Assembly (NCBI RefSeq): GCF_009914755.1
Contig: NC_060948.1
Source: the human T2T-CHM13v2.0 reference genome, Homo sapiens
Direction: 5' to 3' (one strand)
DNA: 64,000 nt
This document shows, piece by piece, positions 29,083 to 44,701 of the stretch (the stretch's first letter is position 1; each line of letters starts with the position of its first letter). Both the position numbers and the translations under genes were made by a program. The notes under the pieces are model-generated. The model made no database searches, was not told where the DNA came from, and saw nothing but the letters and a program-made list of their open reading frames with translations.

Positions 29083-29762
29083 CCTTTACCTCCAAAAGGA
29101 AGGCAAGAAGTAATTACAATTTTTCTCTGGCATTTCTAATGCTAGTTCTGGTCACTGTACTGTAAATATGTATTTTTTTTTTCAATTCCAAATCCAGCTC
29201 TTCACTATATTTGCTGTGTAACACACATTTCTAGTGCAGATATTGTATTTTATAGGGGCTTATACAACTTTTCTTAAAATTGATACTAAGCTAAGACATT
29301 CTTTGACACACAGAATAAAATCAGACTTCCATTGCAATCAAGATGTAAAATGTTTTAAAGTTATTGCATTCTACTTTTTTCATATGACTGTTAAAACAAT
29401 TTATCTTTTAAAAGATCATATTTCAGGGATCTGAATTCTATTGTAGATATCTCTACTTAACAGAGTTTAATTTGGTGAAAATATGACACGAAACTATAAA
29501 AATCAACTGATTTCTCCTACCTTTTTTACCCTTTCCACAACATCAATTTCTACACTTAATCTAGAAAGGTATAAAATATAATGGAGGAGTAAATATATTT
29601 CCAGTTGGTTTTCTTTTAGGAAACACAGCAAAACCCTTTGTTTAACATCAGGGATGATCTAAAAGGAAATCCTGTAAGTGTGAGAGGCAATGTCAGACAC
29701 TTGTAATAACATATAAGTCTGAGAGATGGAGGGAAGATTTAAGCAGAAAACTGAAGAGTATG

Positions 29763-32700
29763 CAAGATTAAGACATCCACTCAAAAGCACACAGCTATTT
29801 GCTCCTGAATGACTCTTGGGTAAATAATGAAATTAAGTCAGAAATCAATAAGTTTTTTTAAAGTAATGAGAACAAAGAGACAACATACCAGAATCTCTGG
29901 GATGCAGCTAAAGCAGTGTTAAGAGGGAAATTTATAGCACTAAATCTCAACATCAAAAATCTAGAAAGATCTCAAGTTAACAACCTATCATCTCAACTGA
30001 AATAACTAGAGAATCAAGAGCAAGCAATCCCCAAAGCTAACAGAAGACAATAATTAACCAAGATCAGAGCATAACTGAAGGAGACAGAGATGTGAAAAAC
30101 GCTTTTAAAAAAATCAACAAATCCAGGAGCTATTTTTTTGAAAAAAATAATAAAGTAGATAGACTACTATCTAGACTCATAAAGAAGAATAGAAAGAATA
30201 ATCAAATGAACACAATCAGAAATGATAAGGGGGATATCACCACTGATCCCACAGAAATAAAAACAACTACCAGAAAATATTGTAAATCCCTCTATACACA
30301 TAAACTAGAAAATCTAGAAGAAATGGATAAATTTGTGGACACATACACTCTCCCAAGACTGAAAGGAAGAAATTGAATCATTGACCAGACCAATAACATG
30401 TTCTAAAATTGAGGCAGTAATAAATAACCTACCTACTAAAAAATAAATCACAGGACCATACAGATTCACAGTGGAATTCTACCAGAAGTACAAAGAAGAG
30501 CTGGTTTCATTCCTACTAAAATTATTCTGAAAAACTGAAGAGGAGGGACTCCTCCCTAACTAATTCTCTGAGGCTAGCATTATCCTGATACCAAAACCTG
30601 GCAGAGATACAACAAAAGAAAGAATACTTTAGACCAATATCCTTGATGAACATCAATGCAGAAATCCTCAGTAAAATATTGGCAAACGAAAGCCAGCAGC
30701 ACATCAAAAAGCTTATCCACCATGATCATGCTGGCTTCATCCCTGGGATTCAAGGCTGGCTCAACATACACGAGTCAATAAATGTAATTCATCACATAAA
30801 CAGACAAAAACCACACGATCATTTCAATAAATGCAGAAAAGGCCTTCGATAAAATTCAACATCCTTTTATGTTTAAAACTCTAGATACATTAGGAATTGA
30901 AGGAACAGACCTCAAAATAATAAGAACCATATATGACAAACCCACAGCCAATATCATACTGAATGAGCAAAAGCTGGACACATTCCCCTTGAAAACTGGC
31001 ACAAGGCAAGGATGCCCTGTCACCACTTCTATTCAACATATTATTGGAAGTTCTGGCCAGGGCAATCAGGCAAGAGAAAGAGATAAAGAGTATTCAAATA
31101 GGGAGTGAGGAAGTCAAATTATCTTTGTTTGCAGATGACATCATCCTATATCTAGAAAACCCCATAGTCTCAGCCCAAAAGCTTCTTAAGCTGATAAGCA
31201 ACTTCAGCAAAGTCTCAAGATATAAAATCAATGTGCAAAAATCGCTAGCATCCTTATACACCAACAAAAGGCAAGCAGAGAGCAAAATCATGAATGAACT
31301 ATCATTCATAATTGCTACAAAAAGAATAAAATACTTAGAAATACAGCTAACAAAGGAAGTGAGGGAACACTTCAAGGACAACTACAAACCACCGCTCAAG
31401 GAAATCAGAGAAGACACAAACAAATGGAAAAACATTCCAGGCTCATGGATAGGAAGAATCAATATTGTAAAAATGGCCATACCGTTCAAAGTAATTTATA
31501 GATTCAATGCTATTCCCATTAAACTACCATTGACATTCTTCACGGAATTAAAAAAAAAACTATTTTAAAATTCATATCGAACTAAAAATGAGCCCAAATA
31601 GCCAAGTTAATCCATAGCAAAAAGAACAAAGCAGGAGGCATCACACTACCTAACTTCAAACAGTGCTACAAGGCTGCATTAACCAAAACATCATGGTACA
31701 AGAACAGACACATAGACCAATGGAACAGAATAGAGAACTCAGAAATGAGACTGCACACATACAAGCATCAGATCTTTGACAAACCTGACAAAAACAAGCA
31801 ATGGAAAAAGGATTCCCTATTTAATTAATAATGCTGGGAGAACTGGCTAACCATATGCACAAAATTATAACTGGACTCCTTCCTTACAACATATATAAAA
31901 GTTAAGATGGATTAGAGACTTAAATGTAAATCCCACAACTATAAAAAGCCTAGAAGAAGATCTAGGCAATACCATTCAGGGCATAGCAGAGGCAAAAATG
32001 TCATGATAAATCATCAAAAGCAATTGCAACAAAAGCAATAATTGACAAATGAGATCTAATTAAAGAGCTTCTGCACAGCAAAAACAAACAAACAAACAAA
32101 CAAACAAACAAAAACTATCATCCGAGTGAACAGATAGCCTACAGAAAGGGAGAAAATTTCTTAATGTAGCCACCTGACAAAAGTCTAATATCTAGAATCT
32201 ACAAGGAACTTAAATTTACAAGAAAAAAAACAAACACCTTCATAAAAAAATTGGCCAAAGGACATGAACAGACACTTCTCAAAAGAAGACATACATGTGG
32301 CCAATAAACATATGAAAAAAAGTTCAACATTACTGATCATTAGAGATCCTCAAATCAAAACCACAATGATATACCATCTCATACCAGTCAGAATGGCTAT
32401 TACTAAAATGTCAAAAAACAACAGATGCTGGTGAGGTTGTGGAGAAAAAGGAACGCGTTTACACTGCCTGTGAGAGTATAAACTAGTTCAACCACTGTGG
32501 AAGTCAATGTGACAATTCCCAAAGACCTAGAGGCAGAAATACCATTTGACTCAGCAATCTCATGACTGGATATATACCTAAAGAAATATAAATCATTCTA
32601 TTATAAAGTTACATGCATGCATATGTTCATTGAAGCACTATTTACAATAGCAAAGTCATAGAATCAACCTAAACGCCCATCAATGATAAACTAGATAAAG

Positions 32701-33079
32701 AAAATGTGGTACATATACCTCATTGCATACCATGCAGCCATAAAAAGGAACAGGATCTTGTGCTTTGCAGAGACATAGATGGAGTTGGAAGCCATTATCC
32801 TCAGCAAACTAACGCAGGAGTAGAAAACCAAACACAGCATGTTCTCACTTATAAGTGGGAGCTGAACAATGAGAACACGTGGACACATGGTGGGTAACAA
32901 CACACACTGGGCACCTGTAGGGTTGGGGAAGAGCATCAGGAAGAACAGCTAATGGATGCCGGGCTTAATACCTGGGTGATGGGATAATCTGCGCAGTAAA
33001 CCACGATGGCACATGTTTATTTATGTAACAATCCTGCACATGTACCCCTAAACTTAAAATAAAAGTCAAATTAAAAATA
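29763..33079 (+). mobile_element. 5'-truncated L1PA (PA11-13-like), decayed ORF2
   Basis: ORF2 fragments ([10 protein letters not shown]; [15 protein letters not shown]) broken by stops and frameshifts. TSD agaaaa(c/t)tgaagagtatg at 29745-29762 and 33080-33097. Confidence 0.95.
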
Positions 33080-33312
33080 AGAAAATTGAAGAGTATGACC
33101 ATGAGGTGGGATGAGGGAGAGTTCTGGGCACCCAGGTTCAGAACAGCTTTTCCACAGTTTCAGAGCTAAACCTTCATGGTGTCTCTGAATGTCTTCATTT
33201 GAATCAAATGCTCCAAATCAGCAAACACCCAAGATCAAAAAAAAAAAAAAAAAAGACTTCTTAAAAATGCATTCCAGAGCACAATATCTGTCTTCATATT
33301 ATGAATATTTTT

Positions 33313-36300
33313 AAAAACTTTTATTTTGAGTTCAGGGATGTATGTACAGATTTGTTATATAGATAAATTTTGTGTTGCAGGAGTATGGTGTACAGATTAT
33401 TTCATGACTCACATAGTAAGCATAGTACCTGATAGTTTTTCGATCCTCACTCTTCTCTCACTCTCCTCCCTTAAGTAGGTCCTGGTGTCTATTGTTCCCT
33501 TCTTTGTGTCCATGCATCCTTAATATTTAGCTCTTACTTGTAAGTGAGAACATGTGGTATTTGGTTTCCTGTTCCTGCATTAGTTCACTTAGGATAATGA
33601 CCTCTAGCTCCATTCATACTGCTGCAAAGGTCACAATCTCACTTGTTGTTATGGCTACATAGTATTGGATCATGTATATGTACCACATTTTCCTTATCCA
33701 GTCAACCATATATGTACCACATTTTCTTTATCCAGTCAACCATGGATGAACATTTAGGTTGATTCCATGTCTTGGTTATTGTAAATAGTGCTGTGATGAA
33801 AATATGTTTGCATATGTTTTTCTGGTAGGAGGATTTATATTCCTTTGTGTATATACCCAGTAATGGGATTGCTGGGTCAAATGGCAGTTTTCCTTTAAGT
33901 TCTTTGGGAAATCACCAAACTGCTTTTCACAGTGGCTGAATGAATTTACACTGCCATGAGCAGTGTATATGCATTCTCTTTTCTCTGCAGCCTTTCAAGC
34001 ATCTGTTATTTTATGGTTTTTAATAATAGCCTTTTTCACTAATTGTGGTTTTGATTTGCAGTTCTCTAATGATTAGTAATGTTGAGCAATTTTTCATATG
34101 CTTGTTGGCCAAGTGTATGACTTATTTTGAAAAGTATCTGTTCATGTCCTTTGGCCACTTTTGAATGGGGAATGCTTTCAGCTTTTGCTCAATTAGTATG
34201 TTGTTTTTTTGTTTGTTAATTTGTTTAAGTTCCTTATACATTCTGGATATTAGGCCTTTGTTGGATGTATCATTTGAATAAATTTTCTCCCATTCTGCAT
34301 GTTGTCTGTTTATTCTGCTGATAGTTGTTTTTTTTCTTTTTTCTTTTTTCTTTTTTTTTGTTTTTGTTTTTTTGCTGTGCAGATGCACTTTAGTTTAATT
34401 AAGTCACACTTGTCTTTTTTTTTTTTTTTTTTGGCAATTGCTTTCGGTGTCTTCATCATTAAATTTTTGCCAAGGCCTACGTCCTGAGTGGCATTTCTTA
34501 GGTTATCTTCCAGAGCTTTTGTAGTTTTAGGTTTTACATTTAAGCATTTAACGCAACTTGGGTTAATTTTTGTGTATGGTATAAGGAAGGGGTCCTGTTT
34601 CAATCTTCTGGATATGGCTATTCAATTATCTCAACACCTTCTATTGAATAGGGAGTCTTTCCTCATTGCTTGTTTTTGTCAACTTTGTTGAAGATCAGAT
34701 GGCTATAAGTGTGTGGCTTTATTTCTGGGCTCTTTATTCTTTTCCATTAGTCTCTGTGTCTGTTTTTGTATCAGTACTATGCTGTTTTGATTATTATATC
34801 CTTGTAGTGTAGTTTGAAGTTGGATAATGTGATGCCTCCAGCTTTATTATTTTTGCCTAGGATTGCTTTAGTCATTTAGACTCTTTTTTGATTCCACATA
34901 AGTTTTAGAGCAGTTTTTTGTTTTCTAATTCTGTGAAATATGTCATTAGTTGTTTGATTGGAATAGCATTGAATGTGTAAATTGCTTTGGGCACTATGGA
35001 ATGCTTTCTATGTGCTGTGTCATCTCTGATTTCATTCAGCAGTGTTTCTTAATTCTTGTTTTGGCGATCTTTCACCTCTGATTACCTGTATTCCTAGATA
35101 TTTCATTCTTTTTGTGGTTATTGTGAATGTTATTGCATTCTTGATGTGGCTCTCAGCTTAGATCTTGCTGGTATATAGAAATGCTACTTATTTTTGTACA
35201 CTGATTTTGTGTCCTGAAACTTTGCTGAAGATATTTACCAGATATGGGAACTTTTGGGCAGAGACTATGGGGCTTTCTAGGTATGGAATCATATGATCTG
35301 TGAACATAAATAGTTTGAATTAATGTTTGGATAAACATACATTCTTTTTTAACATTATCTTTTAAAAACATTATCCTCTTTTTTTATTTGGATACATTTT
35401 CTTTTCTTTTTTTTTTTTTTTTTTTTTTTTGCCTAATTGCTCTGGCTAGGACTTCCAGTACTGTGTTAAACGGGAGCAGTTAGAGTGAAGTTAGAGTGAG
35501 CATCCTTGTCTGGTTCTGGTTTTCAAGAGGAACACTTTTAGCTTTTGCTCAATTAGTATGATGTTGGCTGTGGGTTTGTCATAGATGGCTCTTATTATTT
35601 TTATGTAAGTTCCTTCAATGCCTAGTTTGTTGAGGATTTTTTAATATGAAGGGATGTTTAATTATATCAAGAGCCTTTTCTGCATCTATTCAGATGATCA
35701 TGTCATTTTTGATGTTCTGTTTATATGATGAATCATATTTTTTATTTCCATATGTTGAAACAACTTTGCACCACAGGAATAAAGCCTACTTGATTGTGGT
35801 AAATTAGTTTTTGATGTGCTAATGGATTCAGTTTGCTAGTTTTTTTTTTTTTTTTTTTTTTTGAGGATTTTTGTATCTAGGTTCATCAATTATACTTGCC
35901 TGAAATTTATTTTTTTGGTTGTGTTTCTGTCAGGCTTTGGTTCAGAATAATGCTAGTATCATTCTATAATTTTTTGGAATCATTTCAGAAGGAATGATAC
36001 AAGCTCTTCTCTATACGTATGTTATAATTCATCTGTGAATCCACCTGGTCCTGGGATTTTTCTGTTTGTTAGGCTTTTCATTACTGATTCAACTTTAGAA
36101 CTCCTTATTGGGCTTTTCATGTTGCAATTTATTCCTGGTTCAATCTTCAGAGGTTTTATGTTGCCAGGAATGTATCAATTTCGTCTAGATTTTCTATTTT
36201 CTGTGCATTCAGGTGTTCATAATAGTCTCTGAGGGTTTTTTGTATGTCTCTGTGTTGGTATTAAAGCCCCCTTTTTCATTTCTGACTGTGCTTATTTGTA

Positions 36301-36648
36301 TCTTCCCTCTTTTTTTCTTTGAGTCTAGCTAGTAATCCTTCACACTTATTTGTTCTTTCAAAAAACAAACTTCTGAATTCATTGATCTTTTGTATGTTTT
36401 CATGTGTCTCAAATTCATTCAGTTCATCTCTGATTTTTTAGTTATCTTTTGTCCTCTGCTAGCTTTGGGGTTGGTTTGCTCTTGTTTTTCTAGTTCTCTA
36501 GGCGTGATATTATGTTGCTAATTTGAGCTGTTTCTAACTTCTTGGTGTGGGTGTTTAGGGCTATAAAAGTTCCTTTTAACATTGCTTTAATAGCTGTGTC
36601 CCAGAGATTCTGGTATATTTTATCTTTGTTCTCATCAGTTTCAAAGTG
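33313..36648 (-). mobile_element. 5'-truncated L1PA15/16-like element, decayed ORF2
   Basis: 3' end ...ggtgtacagattatttc...; antisense ORF2 fragments ([11 protein letters not shown]; [10 protein letters not shown]). Contains a 34-bp tandem duplication near 33675-33745. Confidence 0.9.
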
Positions 36649-36965
36649 CTTCATCTTCCGGTTTATCCTTGCTACTGTCCTCTGTTGGGCTAGATTGGTG
36701 AGAGCTGACTCTATTTTGATTTTTTTTAAATAAGATGCAATATTTGGAAACTGACATTATATTCATTTATAATCAAAATATGCAGGACAAAGTTCAGCTA
36801 AATCATCTGGTTTTACGTTTGGATACTAAATATGTGATTGATACTGAAAGAAAAACTTATGTGGGAACTATTGTTTGATGCTGGCCTTGAAATGAACAGG
36901 AACAGGAAGCACTGCTTTGAGCTAGCATGCTCCTAAGAGAATGGGAATTCAAAGGAAACTAATAG

Positions 36966-37390
<425 letters not shown>

Positions 37391-37409
37391 AAGATAGTAA
37401 CTCTACTTT

Positions 37410-37700
37410 GTTTTTTTTTGGTTTTTTTTTTTTTTGAGACAGAATTTTGCTCTTGTAGCCCAGACTGGAAGGCAGTGGCATGATCTAGGCTCACTGCAAC
37501 CTCTGCCTCCTGGGTTCAAGTGATTCTTTGCCTCAGTCTCCCAAGTGGCTGAGATTACAGGCACATGCCTCCACACCCAGATAGCTTTTGTATTTTTAGT
37601 AGAGACGGGGTTTCACCATGTTGGCCAGGATGGTCTCGTGATCCACCCTCCTCGGCCTCCCAAAGTGCTGAATTACAGGCGTGAGCCACTGTGCCTGGCC
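37410..37700 (-). mobile_element. AluS, probably chimeric (right unit of composite)
   Basis: Sq-like 3' end (tcttgtagcccag) and Sc/Y-like left arm (ggccaggatggtctcg) with a short internal deletion. Confidence 0.93.
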
Positions 37701-40327
37701 AAACCACAGGACCTTCTTTAATACTAACACATTTCAGCCCTTTCAAAGTTTATAATGCTTTATTGATATTTTAAAAATGATATAAAGCTAAGACTTAAAT
37801 AAACCCATTATTATAAATCAATATAAAAATAAATAGAATATGGTAAAATTAAAAATAGCACTTGGGACAGAAATACACCCACAATTTTAAGGTAATATGC
37901 CTGAAAATAATTTTGTATATAAAAAATTTTGAAACAATATATTTCTAAATTGCCTGAAGCACATGCAATTTTCTTATTTAATATTAAGATCATAAAAATT
38001 AATTTTAAAAGCTTTATTTCCTGCCTCAATGGATTATTCATCATTTGAAAAGTGAAGAGTTTTGCCCACATGAGACGTTGACCATTTATTCATATTGGCT
38101 ATGAAAACAAAAGGTCTGGTATTAGCCACTGCTCTGCAATTATGATTGTTAAGCAAAAATTAATGTTTATATTGGGAAAAATACTTTACAGCCACCTATT
38201 TTTATTCACTCTCATAGCAATTTCCCAGGGAAACAAGACATCTCAAAATTAAAGCAGCAACAAGGAAATTGTTTATGAAGGTGAAGATGAGGAAAGCAAA
38301 AGTGACAGCAGTTACAGAAAGCAGCAGTTGCTCTTGAAGTTAAGCTGCTCTGTCACATACCATCAATTGGACCATTATCCAGTGCAGGAAGTCTGTAATA
38401 AATTGTAAGATTTGCTTCTCAGCTCAAATGATGGGATGGAAATTTTCACTGTAGATGATGTTGAAGTGGAGGTACAGCTGAATGGGTATACCAGATTGGC
38501 CCATGTTTTAAATCCTACAATGATTGACACTCTGGCACTAGACATATAATTTCTTCAAATAAATTGTAACTCAAGAATCTGGTTATCCTGATTATTTAAG
38601 GATAAAAACATCACATAAAAAGTTTTAATAGTGACAAGAAATATTTACTTTTCTGAGACATGTTCTTATAATTCTGCAAAATGATTTCTGTTTCAGATTC
38701 TCATCTTCTTTGAGATAAGTATTATTTAAAAGCAATCTGAGTTTCTTACTGATAACACCTTCCCTGTTATTTATTATAAGAGCTAATATTGTCTCAGTAA
38801 TATTTTGCCTACTTGTTTGTTCTGCATTTTAAGAAGGGCAACATGACATATGTGGGGAAACGTGAGGATAAGAGTTAGGTGATCTGGTTTGTTGTCTAGA
38901 TTCTGATTTACAGGTGATGCTTCATAGCAGTTACTTTGCATCCTTTCCTCTGGGCAAATAATTGTTCAGCTAGCCAAAAATCAGGTTCATAAAAGCTTCT
39001 CTGTGCAACTTATAAAATTATCGGTATAAAGGAACAACTTATTCTTGAGATAGCTTGTTAATTTTCCTTAGTCATATGCTCACTGGAGCCTTAATATCTT
39101 TTCCTTTTTCTGAGACTAATATTGAAATATGCCCACATTTATAATAAACAATTAGAGTGAGAATCTAGCTTGAAAATTATAGAATATTTAATAATGTAAC
39201 AATATGTTGTCCATCTTGACATTTTAATTTGGAAGGTTATAATGGTCAGGCTTGTGTGAAAACAAACCTGTAGTATACAATTTCAGGGTGAGTGAAATAA
39301 AATGTTTATTTTATTCAGAACAAACCTGTATCTTGTTGTAGTTGAAATTTATAACTTACTGAGGACAACATTGAAATGTAACTAACAGGGATCATTACCA
39401 GGCTATGACATCTTGTCTATAGAGGTATCCTAAGCTGACACTGTATTTCATTCATTTGGTAATAACTAATGAAGGCTGTTTTCCCCTCTTCTTGAATAGC
39501 AACTTGTGGATAAGAGAAGCACTTTAGCTGTGTCAACATGATTAAAAAAGTTAAATAAAAGAGAGACAATCTTGCAAATGCCAGTCCCTGTATCTTTTAA
39601 AGTAACTATCAGTATAAATTCAGGAAGGGGTTTTTGTCTGAATTGTCCTGGTATAATAATTGCTACAAATCTCTACTTCTTAACCTATGAAGCTGTAACC
39701 TAAGGGCATTTAGTGCATTACTGTCAATTTTCAAGGCACTAAATTATCCCGAAGAGACCTTGAAAAGAGGACTATGCTGCTGCAGCAACCTCACTTATTA
39801 TCCAGTAGGGATTCAGGTTTTGGGGTGGATTTGATTTAGTATTCCTAACAATGCCTCCTTGTGTTAACAGACTGTATCTTGGATAGTTCTAGAAGGTGCA
39901 TGTTCTCTTAATAGAACTCTCCTGCTTTTGTATTCAATTAGATTATTAAAAAATTCAGTTTGTCTTATCCTAATTCATCTCCAGATTTTTAAGTACGACT
40001 TCCCCAAACACATCAGATTCACTCTGCTTTTTAAATTACTGTGCATAAAAGGTATTATTAAATTATGGAAATTCATCCTCAGACTTTCAATTATCTCAAG
40101 TTTATCTCTAAGAAATAAACATTTAGCAATACCTTTTAAAGTTGCCGAATGTTCAGACTGCAGACAGAAGCACTGAGTGTGGTTGGTGGTGCTATAGCAC
40201 CTATAGTTTCCCCAGATGTAATTTAGGAATAGAAAAGGATGGCCTGTAGAAATTCCTTTTCTGACCAGTATCTTCACAGGTGGCCAATACACATTCATAT
40301 GCAATCTCACTGGAGAGATTAGTACAC

Positions 40328-40373
40328 CTGTGATATCTATTAGTATCTGTGATATCTATTAGTATCTGCGATA
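40328..40373. repeat. 19-bp tandem repeat, about 2.4 copies
   Basis: ctgtgatatctattagtat x2 followed by ctgcgata. Confidence 0.9.
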
Positions 40374-41954
40374 CAGGTCTGAGATGCATTTCTGCGGCAG
40401 CTGTGTAATTTTAGAATTCTCAGTAAATTGTATTGACTCCAGGAAGAGACAGTTGCATGGACGGTGTCATTAAAACATGTCACTGGAAGTTACTTCCATC
40501 AGAAGGGACAACAGAGACGCTTAACCCTCACAATCACATTCTTAGGTAGTAGGGGGGCAAATAGGCAATGTTAATGTGACTGAAAAAGAGCAGTTTTGGA
40601 GAGTCAGTCTGAGTTTGATTATTGTATTATTTAGTTGTTAGCCTAATTTGTTTCAACTGTGAAACTATATAATACAACCAATCTCAATGAAATAATTTTT
40701 TTTAAACACTAAGTGCCATGCCTGTCACAGAGTGTTTTTTCAATTATTGATTGTAGCTATTGTTTTTATTGCTGTTAGCATTATGATTCCATAAAGTGAG
40801 ATACAGAGAAGTTAACTGCACTAGATGAGACCAAAATCCAGTCTTAATTCAGTATGTTTCTATGTTGATGCATTCTAGTGAGAGAGATCAGTGGCAAGAC
40901 ACTGTTTGTGACCAGACTTTCTTATATTTTTTAGGAAACAATTCAGTATAGCAGAAAAAAGGCCTGAAATTCCACAATACATTATTTGCTTCCTGATGGT
41001 GTACATACTATTATCAAAAGCTATCAAGGAACTTCCGCATTTCTGGAAGATGAGGGGGTGCCTAAGGGTATAACAGCTCTAGCTTCTTGATGGCAAACTT
41101 AGCAGAAATTCAATATGGCCTTTATCCGTGGCATCACATTGTAATGTCTTGTCTGTGCTTCTGCTTAAAAATATTCCTTGAAATATGGATTCTTATAAAA
41201 TGATGCTGTGGGGGACCTCTTCCTCAAGTATAATATGTCCTGTTACTTGCTGTTAAGGCAATGTATTACAAATCAGAATTTTTGGAAGCCTTATCATTAA
41301 AGAAGCTGATTTCACATACCATATACTATATGAAGACCATACTGTCATAATAGTCTCTTTCTCTAAGGCACCAGCATATTAATGCACACACCTGTACTTT
41401 TATCAGTACCTCTCAGAAAGCAAAATCATTTTGTTTATGTGATTCATTGAATTAAATCAGTGCTTCCTCTTATGAAAAGACAGACACTTCATGGAAAGTG
41501 TAACAGCTTTTGATGACTACATTTTCAAGATCAGTAGATTGTAGCTCACATATTAATACTGGGAACTATTTGGGGACGTAATATAATGATAATAAATTCA
41601 TCAGAATCCTCTTCATCATGTTAAAATATTTTTAGAGAGCCAACTAAAATGTTTTGAGGAGACTGGGTTTATGAAATATGAAATTGAGATGAGTTTCTCC
41701 TAAGAAGTAAATTATTTAGCTAGGAGGAAATTACTAGAAGGATACTGAAATGATGATATGCAAAAGAAAGAAAAATGTCTAATTAAAATCATAGTATCTT
41801 TGCATCTATACACCACAAAACTGAGCCAGCGTGTCACAGTGAGTGTACAGAGGGCTTGAGCACAATGGGAAGAGTAATTTTTTAAGTGAATTTATTAAAT
41901 CAAAGTCTTTTAGATCATTTTGAAATAAAGCTTGAAATTTTAATACAAAGTAGA

Positions 41955-42202
41955 AGGCAACATCATGTAGTGGTTAAGACCATCGTTCTTGACTAAATTT
42001 TTACTCTCATCTCTGCAATTATTAGCTATATGGTCATGGGCAAGTTACTTAATTATGCCTCAGTTTTCTAATCTCTCAGGTGGAGATAATATTAGTACCT
42101 ACCTCATGGAAATGCTTTGAAGAGTAAATGAGAGATGATGTATCCAATGTTTTTAGAAGAGTTCCTGGCATAGATTAGGTCTTCAATAAGGGTCAGCTAT
42201 AT
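41955..42202 (+). mobile_element. MIR, near full length
   Basis: gtagtggttaagac...gggcaagttacttaa...gcctcagttttct...gtacctacctcat...cctggcatag...tcaataa. Confidence 0.85.
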
Positions 42203-42919
42203 TTAATATGAGGATTAATTGAGAGAGAATGATTGTAAAACATTTAGGGTGGTGCTTATTCAGTACAAGTTAGTTCTTTTATAGTTATAAAATACACAAA
42301 TAGTATATTCGTATGCTTACTATTGTTAAAATCCAAACAAAAGTGGTAACTCAATGGTGAATGAATTTTTAATATACATGTGTACACATACCCATTGCAA
42401 TTTGAATAACTTAAAAGTTTCACCTGTTCTTTCTAAAACAAAACCCACAAAACTATGCAAATTGTTATTTTACTGGTGATGACAAGAAGAAGCATTTCCA
42501 ACTAAGAAAGTAACAACCTTTATATTGTGAGGGTGCTAAAAATATTACTAGCAAAAATAATGAAGAAACTTTGGAAGTAAAAGAGGATATGAGGCTTATG
42601 GAATTGATAAGAATAATGCATAGTGAGTAATTCCTTAATGTTTGGTATTACACAAAATGAGAATATTAGAATTCTGGCCACCACATAAGGTAAAATTTCA
42701 TGAGGTTTTCTATTGGCTATAAAACATCTCAATGTATAAATATTATTTCTATTGAAAATCTTAACAACTCAGGCTTGAAATGAGGGTTAAGCTTCTGAAG
42801 ATTCACTTATGTCAACATTTTTTTCATTTAAACTTTTCAATTTGAAAAGTACTTTTTTTCCCTTTTGTATTGTTATTTTCATAAAGTTCTTCACATTGAC
42901 TTCTTCATCTTTCAATACG

Positions 42920-43512
42920 TAGTTTTTTACAGATTCTTTGAAGTATAAATTATATACCAGGAAATTCACCTATTATAAGTGTACAATTCAATGATTTTTA
43001 ACAAATTTACAGACTTCTACAACCATCACAATGACCCAATTTTAGAACACTTTTCCTCACCCCAAGAAAGACTGTGGCCACCCCAATTCTGAGCAACCAC
43101 TAGTCTGCTTTCTGTTCATATAGTTATATTCTGAACATTTAATATAAATGGAATTGTACAGTATGTTATCTGGCTTCACTTAGCATAGTGTTTTTAAGGC
43201 TAATCCATATTGTAGTATGTATCGGTACTCCATTACTTGTTATGGTGGACTAATATCCCATTGTATGGACATGACATATTTTGTTTATCCGCTCATCAGT
43301 TTGACTTGTTTCTACTTTTTGGCTACTATGAGCAATTCTTCTATAAACATTCATGTATGAGTCTCTGTGCACAGACACTTTTATGTTTTCATTTCTCTTG
43401 GATATATACCTAGGAGTGAAATACCCAGTTCATATGGTAACTCTATGCTTTAAGACCTGCCAAACTGTTTTCCAAAGCAGCTGTGCCATTTTATGTTCTC
43501 ACCAGCATTTTG
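42920..43512 (-). mobile_element. L1MB-type 3' end
   Basis: aagtgtacaattcaatgatttt...caaccatcac...ttttagaaca...tatatacctaggagtg...ctgccaaactgttttccaaag. Confidence 0.8.
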
Positions 43513-43638
43513 TGAATAAGGAGGCGGAATAAGATCAGATAAAGTTTAGTTTTCTCAAATCGGTTTTGGTTATAATTATTTTAGGGCATCTGGCTTAACA
43601 GTTTGAAGTGATCAAAATTAATACCTTTAAATCGCCCA

Positions 43639-43943
<305 letters not shown>

Positions 43944-43948
43944 TCACC

Positions 43949-44293
<345 letters not shown>

Positions 44294-44511
44294 TCATATG
44301 TATTGATTTATCTTATAAGAAAAGGTAAGTCTTCAAATAGTACGATAATACGTGTTTCAGGGAGATACATATTGAGCATATTTTTCGTTTATTTACTAGT
44401 CAATTCTCATTTCTTATTATTTCATAAAGAATATTTTTGCAAATACCCTAAGTTAATAAGTCTAGAATTCAAAGTCCAAATGTTCTTATGTGAATTTAAA
44501 GAAAGGGTAGC

Positions 44512-44701
44512 CTTGACCCTGATTTCGAATGTGGTGAAGCGGCCCCAGCCGCCCCCCACAGTCTGCCCGTTGCTCATAGATCTCAAGGAAGTTGCTGGGG
44601 GACCGGTAGGCGTCATTCAGGTTCTGCGGCTTGGTGATCAGCCACTGGGTGTCAGCCATGGACTCCGCCATTTCGCTGTAGCCGCCGCCGCCGCGGGCTG
44701 C
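44512..44701 (-). pseudogene. SNX3: Sorting nexin 3 pseudogene fragment (part of 5'UTR plus about 54 codons, frameshifted)
   Basis: MAESMADTQWLITKPQNLNDAYRSPSNFLEI, then a frameshift, then SNGQTVGGGWGRFTTFEIRVK. Recalled SNX3: MAETVADTRRLITKPQNLNDAYGPPSNFLEIDVSNPQTVGVGRGRFTTYEIRVK. The symbol refers to the parent gene. Confidence 0.9.

Noticed and set aside
38420-38548. Possible exon (ttctcag acceptor, frame SNDGMEIFTVDDVEVE...)
   Set aside because: No convincing donor, no recognised protein, and the frame closes quickly.
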